From Phyllosticta citribraziliensis (lineage: Eukaryota): a stretch of DNA of 64,000 bases. Below, one piece after another: positions 37,531 to 48,669 of this stretch (within the stretch, counting starts at the first letter, position 1; every line of letters starts with the position of its first letter). The notes under the pieces were generated by a model, which was not told where the DNA came from, made no database searches, and saw only the letters and a program-made list of their open reading frames with translations. The stretch lies in assembly GCF_038025025.1 (NCBI RefSeq), contig NW_027117338.1:310001-374000 (forward strand), read 5' to 3'. The position numbers and the translations under genes are program-made.

Positions 37531-39023
37531 GGTGGGTAGTTTGGTAAAGGATCGAGATGGTGGAGCAACGGCGGCTGTCAAGAAGGACAAATGTTTGGTA
37601 CAGCTATGTCATGCTCACATGTCGTTTGAAGGGGGGCTGGGTAAGGCTGAGGAGGAGGGAATGAGTGGAAGGTGGAAGAAGGGGTCGCGAGCGGGGGGCG
37701 CAGCAAGGGAGCAGACGGCGCTGGGCCAAGCGGATATTGACGATGGAGGGCGAAAGAAAGACGTAAGGAGATGGGCACACGGTGATGAGGGCGGTGGGTT
37801 GGGATGCGAGAGAGCTGGTCGTAGGGTAGAGGGAGGTAGGAGTAGTAGGGCGGCAAGCCGGCAAATGGAAACAGACAGGGAAGCAGTGCAGGCAGTCAGG
37901 TCAGGCTGGCCGCGGCCTCAGCACCTAGCACGCCCAACAGGCGGCCACGCAATCTTGACTCTGGAGTGACTGACAGCTGCACAGCTCGCGGCGGCTCGAC
38001 GTTAACGATGCACCTCTGATCCTTTTGCCATTTCCAGCCGAGCCCACCGCACGGCCACCCGCTGAGGCTGATGGATGTGGCGCTACCTACCGCGAGGTGT
38101 GCTAGTGCTAGAGGCATCCCTTTTACACACATTGTAGCTTTGGTGCATGTAGCCGTGGCGGCTGTAATTGTGAAGGTTGTCGTCGGCGTGGATCCGGGGA
38201 AGAGGGGGGGGGGGGTGTCGATGATGTTGATGGTGTTGACGCGGGAGTGACTGAATAGAGAAAACCAGACCAGACGTGACCTCATGATGGAGACGGGCGT
38301 TGGAGACAACCGAGTGGTATCCATTCCCGTCTGTCTCGTCTTCTTTGTCGCCCTCCGTGATGCTCTCCATCCTCCGGGTCACTCGCTCGTCGTGGGCGGC
38401 TTCCCGTCGGTTGTTCCCACTTGGCACGAGCGCTGCGAATTGAAGCTAGCGTTTCGGGCCTGTTTGAGAAGGGACAGGGGCATGGTGGCCCAGCCTATGA
38501 CAACGCCCGCGACCCTTTCGCACACCTCACGTCCGCTCGTCCATCTTAACCTCTCGCTGCCGCCCGCTCTCCCTGCTGCGTCCTTGCGCCTTGCCTTCTT
38601 CACGGTCCGGTCACAACTGCCCTGCTCCACCCTGTCCTGTCCTGCCCTGCCCTGCCACCGGAGACTGCATCGTCTCCTCCCACATGACGCCCGCTCCACC
38701 TCTGTCGCCTCAACCTCAACTCCCTCTCTCCCGTCCGTCTCCGTCTGCGCCGCTCTCACGCCTTTGACCCCGCGTGAGGTGCCCAAGCGCTGTCTGCGTC
38801 AGCTCAGGTCGTCTCTCACACCCCAAGACTCCGACGACAACGCCAACAAGCCACCACGCTCAGTCCCGACCCCCCTACCATGGTGTTATGACCATCCTCG
38901 ACCGGTCGGCCTGTCATTGAGACGAAAAAGTTACGACGCTCCTGCGCCACTTTCCATCCCCACCCGGCCCTCGTTCGACATACATATCGCCCTCTTTGAG
39001 ACTTGCTCTTCGCCCATTACACC

Positions 39024-42023
39024 ATGCTAGCCTCAAAACCACAGTATGTTGCCCCCGTGGGCAGCTCTGCGCCGCCTTCGTCTTCTCACTACCCTCCGAG
39101 TACCGCGAGTCGCCGTCCGCAGCCGACCCCTTCGTCCGACCACCACACCGTCAGATACACCAGTCCGACCGAATCCGAGTTTTCGGAATCCTTCGAAACA
39201 GCAGATTCTGTCAGGTATTACACAGCACGTCGCGGCAGTGGGGACTCTCAACTTATGCCGTCATGCAGGAATTGGGACGAGCATCGTGTGGGCGATTGGC
39301 TGAAGAGCATCAACTGTGGTCAATATGTCGACCTCTTCAAAGGTACGTCGCACCGCCATCACATTTGTTTCTCCCATCTCTTACCCCGCGGCAGAAAACA
39401 ACATCAACGGCGAGGTCTTGATGGAGATTGACCAATCCCATCTCAAAGACATGGGTATAAAAAAGATTGGCGACAGAGTGCGCATAGGCTCTCAGGCCAA
39501 GCGCTTCCGGAATAAAGAATACCGGCGAACATCAAAGCGCAATTCCAACAGGGTACATATCCTACCGACCACTTCTCCACACCATATTGACTGATGTAGG
39601 AATCGCTTGCGCTACTGGACAGCCAAAACTACACCCAATTGTCAAGCTCGCCGAGGCCTCTCCTCTCCTCGCGCGGAGCTTCGACAACATCTCGCCCAGA
39701 GAAGCGCATGTCAAGACAACTTGGCGGCGCTGACTGGTCGTATAGTCCCGCGGGCATTCAAGTTAGAAAACAGCCCTCGAGACCAAGTTCTCCGTTAGTC
39801 GACCAGGAAAATCGCAGCCTTCGTCCTTCTAATGGCGCCATGTACAGCCCCAAACCCTCTAGCAAGAAAGACGACTCGTACTTTACCCAACCCCTAAGCG
39901 CAAGCTCGTCATCCGGACGAGGGCCCAGGACAGCTACAACTCCCGTCGAAACCCCGCAAACCGCGCGTTTCAACCACGTCCGAGCGAGCCCCAGTCAGGA
40001 CGCTTCAACCAACAGTAGCACTCTGCCCGCCGACAAGGCCTTGATCCGAGTCATTTTTGACAATGGTCGGTCTTCAGTGATAGGCATTGACGGCGCTCGC
40101 ACTGCCGACGACATTATGCTTCGAGTTCTGCGAAAAGGCGCTCTAAATGAGGCACATTTGAAAAACTATTGCTTCTACGTCCTCGACGGAACGGAGCCAA
40201 ATCCTGCACTGTGCCGAAAACTCAGCGATGTGGAGCTCCTGCGCGTGTGCACTGATCGCACCAGGATGGAGAGAAACAGGCTCATTTTGCGCAAGGTCCA
40301 CGCTGGCGAGCCCGAGGATGACCAGCTCAAGGCTTCTGCAAGCATTGCATCACAGCAGCAAGAATACCGGCCGAATGCTATCTTACCAAGCAGTAAGCAT
40401 AGCCAACTCAAGGTGGAAAAGTTGACGGGGGAATCTCTGGCTGCAGTAACTTATCCACTGTCTCCAGCATCCCAACAGGAGCGCGAGCGCCACATCAACT
40501 CGACCGCCAAGGACCTCGAGCGAGGCGATGGAAGCCGGTCGGCCAGCAGAACTCCGGACAGGCCAATGAAGCAGTTTTACGGCGGACGCCCTCCAAGCAA
40601 CCTCATCACGTCTGACCTAGCCTCCTATTTCCCCGACGTGGAAAAGGAGGAGATGGACCGGACGATCAGAATGTCAGTCAGGCGCTCACGGAGGCTGAGC
40701 AAAGCTGCAAGCCGCCTCAGCACTATGAGTAACTTTAGTGTGGCGTCGAGTCTCAAAGACGCGCCGCCACTGCCGTCAATAGCCGACACCTGGCTAAACT
40801 CATCGGGGCAAGCCAAATCTCTGAGGCCGCTCTCTGTCATGCGGCTCGGACTCCCTTCCACCACTTTTGGACCACCCCAGTACCGCGATTCTGTGACATC
40901 GTCTGTCCTCGAGCCACTGGAAGAAGAGTCGCCGACAGATTCGTCGTCTGTTCGCAAGTCTTACGTCTCTTTCGGTCCTGAGACGGGAGATGGCGTGACA
41001 ATTACAGACCCCGAAGGCAACACGACTCTGCAGAGCTACTTTGACGATGGCGGCAGTAGCTTTGCTGGAAGCAGTCAAGAGGGAGGAGATTCCTTCAACA
41101 AACGTCTCAGTCAAGCCATGGCTGATGACGGCGAGGAGTATGACCCGGAGTTGGAAGAGTACCTTGAGGCTGACTCGTGGGAAAACGTCAAGTATATGAA
41201 GGGCGCGCTGATTGGACAGGGATCTTTTGGAAGCGTGTATCTGGCCCTTCATGCTGTGACGGGAGAGCTCATGGCGGTCAAGCAAGTCGCACTGCCCACA
41301 AATGGCACTGTCGATCCGAAGAAGGCCAACATGCTGGACGCCCTCAAGCGCGAGATTGGTTTGCTGCGAGAGCTCAAACACCCCAACATCGTGCAGTACC
41401 TGGGATCCAATTCGGACGAGACGCACTTGAACATCTTTCTCGAGTACGTACCCGGCGGTTCGGTGGCTACAATGCTCGTCAACTACGGTCCCTTGCTCGA
41501 GCCTCTTGTCGCCAACTTTGTAAGGCAAATTTTGGTGGGTCTGGCCTACTTGCACTCCAAGGACATCATCCACCGCGACATCAAGGGAGCCAACATCCTC
41601 GTGGACAACAAAGGACGGGTCAAGATTTCCGACTTTGGTATCAGCAAGCGTGTCGAGGCCAGTACGCTCCTCAATGCCTCGGGAGGTAAAAAGGGAGCCA
41701 ATCGCGTCTCTCTCCAAGGCTCAGTCTTTTGGATGGCCCCAGAAGTTGTCAAGCAAACTGCTTACACACGCAAGGCCGACATTTGGAGTCTTGGGTGCCT
41801 GATTGTTGAGATGCTGACGGGTGTGCACCCACATGCCGACTGCTCGCAACTGCAGGCGATTTTCAGAATCGGTGCGGCGGGTGGAAACGCGTCTCCCACC
41901 ATTCCCGAGAATGCAAGCGATGCGCTCAAGACATTCTTGGGCCAAACTTTTGAAATTGAGCACGAAAAGAGGCCCACGGCAGACGACTTGCTCAAGAGCG
42001 AGTTCTGCGCGGTCAAGGCCTAA
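39024..42023 (+). CDS. STE11: MAP kinase kinase kinase Ste11 (SAM, Ras-association and kinase domains), 4 exons (39024-39214, 39269-39342, 39395-39552, 39600-42023)
   Basis: SAM (NWDEHRVGDWLKSINCGQY..LKDMGIKKIGDRVRI), RA-like region (CTDRTRMERNRLILRK), kinase GQGSFG, MAVKQV, HRDIKGAN, DFG, SLQGSVFWMAPE. Confidence 0.96.
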
Positions 42024-42533
42024 TGGTTTGGTTCCCACTCTTAGCAAAAGACTTTGGTTGAGCGCTCTGGGGTAATTCTCTTTTTTATTCTCTTTGACAT
42101 TTTCCTGCCGTTCCAAAGCAGCGGAGCGCGTACTTTTTTCCAGCTTTTTAACGAATTTACGTGCCAAAGGATGAACAAGGCTGCATGGCTGAAATGATGG
42201 TTGGACAAAGATCAGATCCAGCTTAACCAGGGAGGAGGATTCAAAGGCATTCATCACTGCCATTTTTTCGCATCGAGACCCCTTGAGCGGTTAATGTATC
42301 ATATATCTCGCGTTCTTTGCATGTAGTTAGTTGTTACGGAGGGCAGGCCAGCATGAAACTGCGACTGGGTTGAATCAAGTTTCTGCTCTGGGAGTGCCTC
42401 TGCTGAAAGTGAAGTTCGGATATAAGAAGCCATTTGTGGAACGGGCCAAGTGCGAACGCGCCCAGACGCGTCGACCCTGCAACTCGCGCGACGTGAACAC
42501 CTTCCACCAACCCTCATCACCACAACACCCGCC

Positions 42534-43754
42534 ATGGCCCTCCTCGTCGACAAGCACCGTCCCCGCTCTCTAGAGCAGCTTACTTACCACCATGACCTGT
42601 CGGATCGCCTGCGCGCGCTCGTACGCTCCCCGCTTGACCCAGCCGGCGCCGAATTCTGACCCATCTTCCTGCAGGCCAACAGCAACGATTTCCCGCACCT
42701 CCTCGTCTACGGGCCCTCGGGCGCAGGCAAAAAGACTCGGATAATAAGCACACTGAAGGAGCTATACGGACCGGGCGTCGAAAAGATCAAAATCGACGCA
42801 CGCGTGTTCCAGACGACGTCGAACCGCAAGCTCGAATTCAACGTCGTGGCATCCAACTACCACCTCGAAATCACGCCGTCGGACGTGGGGAACTACGACC
42901 GGGTGGTGGTGCAGGACCTGCTGAAGGAGGTGGCACAGACGCAGCAGGTGGACCTGGGCGCGAAGCAGCGGTGGAAGGTGGTGGTGGTCAACGAGGCGGA
43001 CCACCTGACGCGCGACGCGCAGGCGGCGCTGCGGCGCACCATGGAGAAGTACAGCCCGAACCTGCGGCTGATATTGCTGGCGGAGAGCACGAGCAACATC
43101 ATTGCGCCGATCCGCAGCCGCACGCTGCTGGTGCGGGTGCCGGCGCCGTCGGAGGCGGAGATTGTCGACGTGCTCAAGAATGTCGGCAGGAAGGAGGGAT
43201 TCAAGGAGGCCGACGGGCTCAACCGCCGGATTGCACGCGAGTGCGGCAGGAATTTGAGGAGGGCTCTGCTCATGCTGGAAGCCGTGCACGCGCAAAAGTG
43301 AGTTGCCCGCCACCATTGCTCCTACGGGACACTCTGACGCCGAGGGCCAACGCAGCGAAAACGTCTCCGCCGACACGCCCATCCCGCCGCCCGACTGGGA
43401 GGCGCTCATTGCGCAGGTTGCCAAAGAGATCGTGGCCGAGCGCTCGCCGCAGCGCATCCTGCAGGTGCGCGCCAAGCTCTACGACCTCCTTACGCACTGC
43501 ATACCGGCGACGACGATCCTCAAGACGCTCACCTGGAAGCTGATTCCGCTGTGCGACGATGACATCAAGGCCGACGTGGTGCGCTGGAGCGCCTTCTACG
43601 AGCATCGCATCAAGACGGGCAGCAAGATGATCTTCCACCTCGAGGCGTTCGTGGCAAAGTTTATGCGCCTGTATGAGAGGTATGTTGCAGTCTTTTGAGA
43701 TTCCGTTCTCGGTGCTAACCACGCGACAGCAATCTCATGGGCCTCGATTTCTAG
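42534..43754 (+). CDS. RFC5: Replication factor C subunit 5, 4 exons (42534-42620, 42675-43297, 43356-43679, 43730-43754)
   Basis: VDKHRPRSL, PHLLVYGPSGAGKKTR, NEADHLTRDAQAALRRTMEKYS, PIRSR, FHLEAFVAKFM. Confidence 0.96.
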
Positions 43755-44294
43755 ACCGTCAGGTTGTCGTGGATGGGTTTGCAAGAACGTCATGAAGCAT
43801 ATTTACTTTTTTGTGTTGCACGGGATGGCAATCGGCCAATGGCTAGGGGGAGTCTATCAAAACGGCGTTGACGGGAATGGGGCATGTTTGCAAGGGCGAG
43901 GCAGGAATACGTTCGAATAGCCAATGGGCAGAGTGCCTAGTTACAGGTATCAATGGACACCTACACATGGATACTGTCCAGCATGTGAGTCTGGTGGGTC
44001 GTGCGCTGGCGGCATCGGATGCCCTGGCTGGGTGCCCTCCCTGGGCTGGCGGGGAGCTTGATCTCATACGTCATAGCCCCTCACCCAAGCAGGAGCTTCC
44101 CTCCTCTCTCTTGTCTGTACCTGACACTTCTGAATCCTCTTGCCTTCCTTATAACCTGCCCGTGCAACTACGTCTTCACCTCCAATCCTCCTCTGCGCTT
44201 TTTACCAACCACTCAATTCAACGACAAGAGCCAATTCACGAATCCTGTTACCGTGCCACCGAGCTCCAACCAAACAAACCATCTACGAAGCAAC

Positions 44295-44943
44295 ATGTCG
44301 GACAAGCTCATGGACACGGCGCCGGGCGGCCAGTCGACGCAGTAAGCGGCTTCTCCAGCTCCACGCCCTCCTTCCACTCCGTCCACTACTCTCTCTTCTC
44401 TCCCAAATCACATCTGCTTCGTCGTATTCTGCCAGCAGAGCGGCGCCATCCGTCTTGCCTTGCTGCTCGACCTGTGTGCTCAACGCAAGCAACGACAATG
44501 TATGGATTGGATTGAATTGAATTGAGTTGTAATGCTGATTCGCTGCCGTGTGCCGCCGCTAGATACGAATCCATCAAGCAGTTCACCAACCCCCCGGACA
44601 AGGACGTCGGACAGCTGGGCGGTATGTTTCCTCCTCCTTCTCATTCATCCCTTCGCCAATCCTCCCCACCCCTCACCCTCACCACACCACTCCCCCACAT
44701 TCCAACATCCCTCACCCACTAACCAAACCAACAACAGACCCCACCAACGCGACTAAATCCGCCTCCACATCCACCCAAACCTACACCGGCAAGAACGCGT
44801 CGTTGAACAAGTCGGCGCCAGGCGCAGGCGAGGCGCTGGGAAGTAGTGGGAGCGCGGACGAGGAGGCGGAGCAGGAGCAGCGGGCGAGGCGTGAGCAGGG
44901 TTATGGAGGGGAGAGAGATATGCGGCGGGATGTTGGTGCGTGA
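44295..44943 (+). CDS. Small hydrophilic hypothetical protein, 3 exons (44295-44341, 44563-44621, 44738-44943), 103 aa
   Basis: CAACATG start; donors GTAAGC and GTATGT; branches GCTGAT and ACTAAC; total 312 nt in frame; ends RARREQGYGGERDMRRDVGA. Confidence 0.75.
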
Positions 44944-45208
44944 GGTGTGGGCTATGGAGTAGGATATGAGAGACTTGAGGGAGATGGCGGTGATGGGATG
45001 AGCTTGAGGCTTGCTGGGAACAAGGTCACGCGCATGTCGTGGCAGGGAATGAGTGCATGAATTGATGAATGAATTAAGAAGATGAAGCTGTAAGAGTGGT
45101 TGAGCGTCGTTTCTCCTCTCCTCTCCTGTCCTGTCCTCTTTTTGACAGGTCGCCGTGTGCTCACGCCTCTCTCTGTCTAGCACTATACCTGGCAATTGTC
45201 TATCTGTG

Positions 45209-45238
45209 ATGGCATGGCATGGCATGGCATGGCATGGC
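45209..45238. repeat. (ATGGC)6 microsatellite
   Basis: Six perfect copies. Confidence 0.9.
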
Positions 45239-45511
45239 GGATGACTGCTGCTTTGGCGTTGTCAGGAGTGAGATATCCGCCATGGTAGAATGTGTAGATT
45301 ACGTGAGAGGCGTATAGATATGGATGGCACCGAGGTAGCCAGTGAGGCAAGATAAGACAGTAAGGTATGCATGTAAGTACCTACTCAGTCGCGCACACAT
45401 AAATTCAGAGAGCACAAGCAGGTAATAGTATCAAGTGCGACCAGATGCAGATTAAGTGGAATTCAGGAAAAGATGGAGTAACGACAAAGATAGGAGAGGC
45501 CTGTGCGTGGC

Positions 45512-45513
<2 letters not shown>

Positions 45514-45550
<37 letters not shown>
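45514..45550. repeat. (TG)18 microsatellite
   Basis: Perfect dinucleotide run. Confidence 0.95.
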
Positions 45551-45555
<5 letters not shown>

Positions 45556-45786
45556 GTTAGATACAGACAGAGACAGGGACAAAGGAAAAGAAGAGAAAGG
45601 GAATGGGTTAAGTGAGTGAGTGAGTGTATGGTCGGATTCTTTTGCCGCCGCGCGTAACACAATCTTTTGGGCTGCAAAAGGAAAAGAGCAAAAGGAAGAG
45701 CAGAACAGGCGAAAATACAGGAGGGGTAAAAAGAAGAGAGAAAAAAAAAGAAAAGAAAAGGGAAAGATAGGGGAAGTGAGATCCCC

Positions 45787-48669
45787 CTACGCCCTACCAC
45801 CCCACCCCCTGAACCCCTGCAAGAAGTTCAGCGACAGCCGCCCGTGCCCGCGCGCCGGCGGCGTGTTTGTCGTAAACGCCGTCGCGGTCGTCGACGGCAC
45901 GGGCGACGGGACGAGCGCTGCCGCGGTGTTCGCGTTGTTGTTGCAGGGCATGCCGGGGAAGGGCGCGTCTTCCTCGTCCACGCGGCCCAGCGATGGCGGC
46001 GAGGCGCTGCTGGTGGTGAAGGGGGACGGTTCGGCGGGCAGGGGCAGCAGCGGCTTCGCTGAGCCACGGGGGACGGGGATTTGGAGTTTGTTGTCGTTGG
46101 AGTTGGAGTTGTTGAAGGGGAGGTCGGCGTCGCGTTCGACGCTGCTGCCGCGCTGCTCGCCGCCGCCGCGCCATCCGCGCCAGATGACGGCGCTCCAGCG
46201 CTTCGCTGCTGCACCGAGCCCTCCAGTCGGCGTCGTCTCGCCGCCGTCATCGCGGCCTCCATCTCTCTCCTTGTTGTCTGCGTCGCCGCGACCGACGCGC
46301 ACCCAACCCTTTTCGCTCTTCCCGTGCTGCGATGATGGTGGCTTGTTTTCGAGTTTGAGGCCCGCCGTCGCCCACGCCCTCATCGACCCCGACCCCTTGC
46401 GTGCCAGAGCTCGCGCCCTGTCCGCTGCCCCCGACGCGCTCTCCAGGTCGAGCGCGGCGGCCGCGACGGCCTTGCCCTTTTCCCTGCCGCGCGAGCGCAT
46501 CCCCACGCGCGATTGCATGCTACGAGCCGTGCTGCGGCTGCTGTGGGAGCGCGAGCGGGAACGGCCGCGGCTTGCGTCCTCAGCCACAGCGGCATCGGGG
46601 GCGATAGTGACGGATTTGGACGACTTCTTGGACCGCAGAGAGAGGCGGGACGACCGAGTCGAGGAGCGCGTCGACGGCCGCAGGAAATGGTGCTGGGGAA
46701 GCAGTGGGGAACATGGCTCCGGCAGAGGAATGGAAGCCCTTTGGACGTTGATTGTCGGGTTGGCGTTTGGCGGTGGTGGAGGCGTCGGCGGCAGCAAGCA
46801 AGGCGCGCTCGTGGCCGCGCCGCTGTCTGGCAGAATCGCTTGTGCATCTTCTGGCTTTTGCTCGGTGGCTGATGGTTCATCGGTTTCGTCGTCTGTGTCG
46901 TCTGCTTTCTTTGGCGTCGGCGCCTTGCCTTCAAGGGCTGCCAGGGCAGCTTCACGCGCGACAAGCACAGGTTCCGGCGCGGAGATTTCCGGTGGTTGAA
47001 GACCCAGCTTGGACGCACGGTTTGCACGGAAGCTTTTGGGAGCGGTTGAGAACTGCGTTGGGTCTGGGTCCGACGGCGGAGGCAGCGAGGTGGCGCTGTC
47101 CAACTTGTTCGTTCTCAAGGGCGCAACCTCGGGGACTGGGCTGCTCGCTCTGGAGGTCTGCGATGAGGTGTTGGTCGAAAGGCTGTGCATGCGCCTGGGC
47201 GACTTTGCCGGCGGCTCGATGGGGACAGAGCCCACCTGGAGCCCTGCGGGAAAGGCTGGGAAGGACGCATACGAGAAGCGCTTCGGAGACTTGGGAGGTG
47301 GAGACCGCGGTGGGCGACCTGTACCGTCGGCAGTGCTGAGCTTTCTTCCATGACGTCCAGTTGGACTGGTGACCTTGATATCAACAGTGGCAAGTGACTT
47401 CTTTGCGTCGAGTGATTCTCCTCCGCAGACGGTCCGTCTCTTGGCCTGTTTGTCTTGTGAGGCAGCCCCCGGCTCCATGTTGTTGCTCCGTCGAGTCGAT
47501 CGCCGAAAGACAGGGTCCAGGAAGTTGAGGTGTCTCAAGCTCGACCTCTTCTCCTTCGTATCGCTTTGGCTCCAGTCGGGTCGGTCAATGGTTGCTCGTT
47601 TGGGACGTGGTGGGGGGCTGTTTTCTTGATCGCCCTTGATGTCTGAGAACCATGCGTCTAGGTCTGCCGTGCTGTTGGGTCTAGGTTTCCTGCCACTGAG
47701 GTCACGCTCCCGGCGGCTGGGATGTTGTCTTCGTGGGTCACTTTTAGGGTCTTTGGCAATCTGCGCAGCAACAAAGGCACGCCACGTTTCGCCGACGGCG
47801 GGCCCACGGAGATTTTCGTCACTCGACGTCGTCCGCATCTTGGCTCCGGCAGGGCGTCGATGCTTTGAGTATCTTTCGGAATTGGTTCGCTTTTGGATGG
47901 CTCTCAAGTAGCTTTCGGTGGAAGAGGACGGCGCCCTGGCCAGGTTGGGTCTGCTCCGGCTGTCTGATTCCTGCTCCTCCTTGACGGCTTCTAAAGAACT
48001 TGAGCGCCTGGGGTTGATTTGCTGCGGGGCTGTGCCAGCATATAAGCCTCTTGTCGTTGCTGCTCGCTTGACATTGTTTGCGGTGTTCGTTTGTCGTCCT
48101 GGTTCCTTTGCCGGTCCGTGCCTCCTAATCTCATGAACATCCTTCCCCTTACTTTCATTGGACTTTTCATTTCCAATCGACAGCGGTCGCCTTTTTCTAG
48201 ATTCGTTCGCGTCGATGGGCGCGCGGTCTGTTTTTGGTGTCCCGCCGTTTGACGTCTTTGCTGCACTCTCGCTTCCGACGTCACGGTCTGTGGTATTTTT
48301 GGGCTTTGCCGAATCTGTCACGCGAATTTGCTTTGACAGCTTTGCGTCTGCAACGGACGCCTTGTTCATCGAAGATTCCGCCGCGTGGGATGGGGCGGTG
48401 GTGGTAATCAGGGAGCCGGCCGTCATCGATACCCTTTGCAACCTCTTCTCAACAGCAGTTTTGGTGCCCTCGAGCTGCACAGGTTGAGCATCATCAGAAG
48501 ATTCTGCAGCATGGCCGGCCCTAAGCAGCAGCAGCCTCTCCAGTCGGCGCGTCAGCTCGCGTGCGTCCACTGGCGAGCTACACGGCCTCGCCTTTTGAGT
48601 CTGAATAGTCGGCATCACGTTCTCTCCAGAACCCACAGCTGATCCGCTTTCCAGAAGAAAATCTTTCAC
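45787..48669 (-). CDS. Large intrinsically disordered hypothetical protein (~940-960 aa; first ATG at 48615, upstream intron ~48681-48756)
   Basis: 960-codon ORF, S/R/P/A-rich; short motifs DARELTRRL, DRPDWSQSD, PPRSPPPKSPKR, PPAKSPRR; splice signals just upstream. Confidence 0.7.
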   Translation of the reverse strand: MKDFLLESGSAVGSGENVMPTIQTQKARPCSSPVDARELTRRLERLLLLRAGHAAESSDDAQPVQLEGTKTAVEKRLQRVSMTAGSLITTTAPSHAAESSMNKASVADAKLSKQIRVTDSAKPKNTTDRDVGSESAAKTSNGGTPKTDRAPIDANESRKRRPLSIGNEKSNESKGKDVHEIRRHGPAKEPGRQTNTANNVKRAATTRGLYAGTAPQQINPRRSSSLEAVKEEQESDSRSRPNLARAPSSSTESYLRAIQKRTNSERYSKHRRPAGAKMRTTSSDENLRGPAVGETWRAFVAAQIAKDPKSDPRRQHPSRRERDLSGRKPRPNSTADLDAWFSDIKGDQENSPPPRPKRATIDRPDWSQSDTKEKRSSLRHLNFLDPVFRRSTRRSNNMEPGAASQDKQAKRRTVCGGESLDAKKSLATVDIKVTSPTGRHGRKLSTADGTGRPPRSPPPKSPKRFSYASFPAFPAGLQVGSVPIEPPAKSPRRMHSLSTNTSSQTSRASSPVPEVAPLRTNKLDSATSLPPPSDPDPTQFSTAPKSFRANRASKLGLQPPEISAPEPVLVAREAALAALEGKAPTPKKADDTDDETDEPSATEQKPEDAQAILPDSGAATSAPCLLPPTPPPPPNANPTINVQRASIPLPEPCSPLLPQHHFLRPSTRSSTRSSRLSLRSKKSSKSVTIAPDAAVAEDASRGRSRSRSHSSRSTARSMQSRVGMRSRGREKGKAVAAAALDLESASGAADRARALARKGSGSMRAWATAGLKLENKPPSSQHGKSEKGWVRVGRGDADNKERDGGRDDGGETTPTGGLGAAAKRWSAVIWRGWRGGGEQRGSSVERDADLPFNNSNSNDNKLQIPVPRGSAKPLLPLPAEPSPFTTSSASPPSLGRVDEEDAPFPGMPCNNNANTAAALVPSPVPSTTATAFTTNTPPARGHGRLSLNFLQGFRGWGGRA

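Noticed and set aside
38284..39030. 248-codon ORF ending over the STE11 start
   Set aside because: Runs through a CT-rich divergent promoter/leader where stop codons are compositionally rare; no protein-like features
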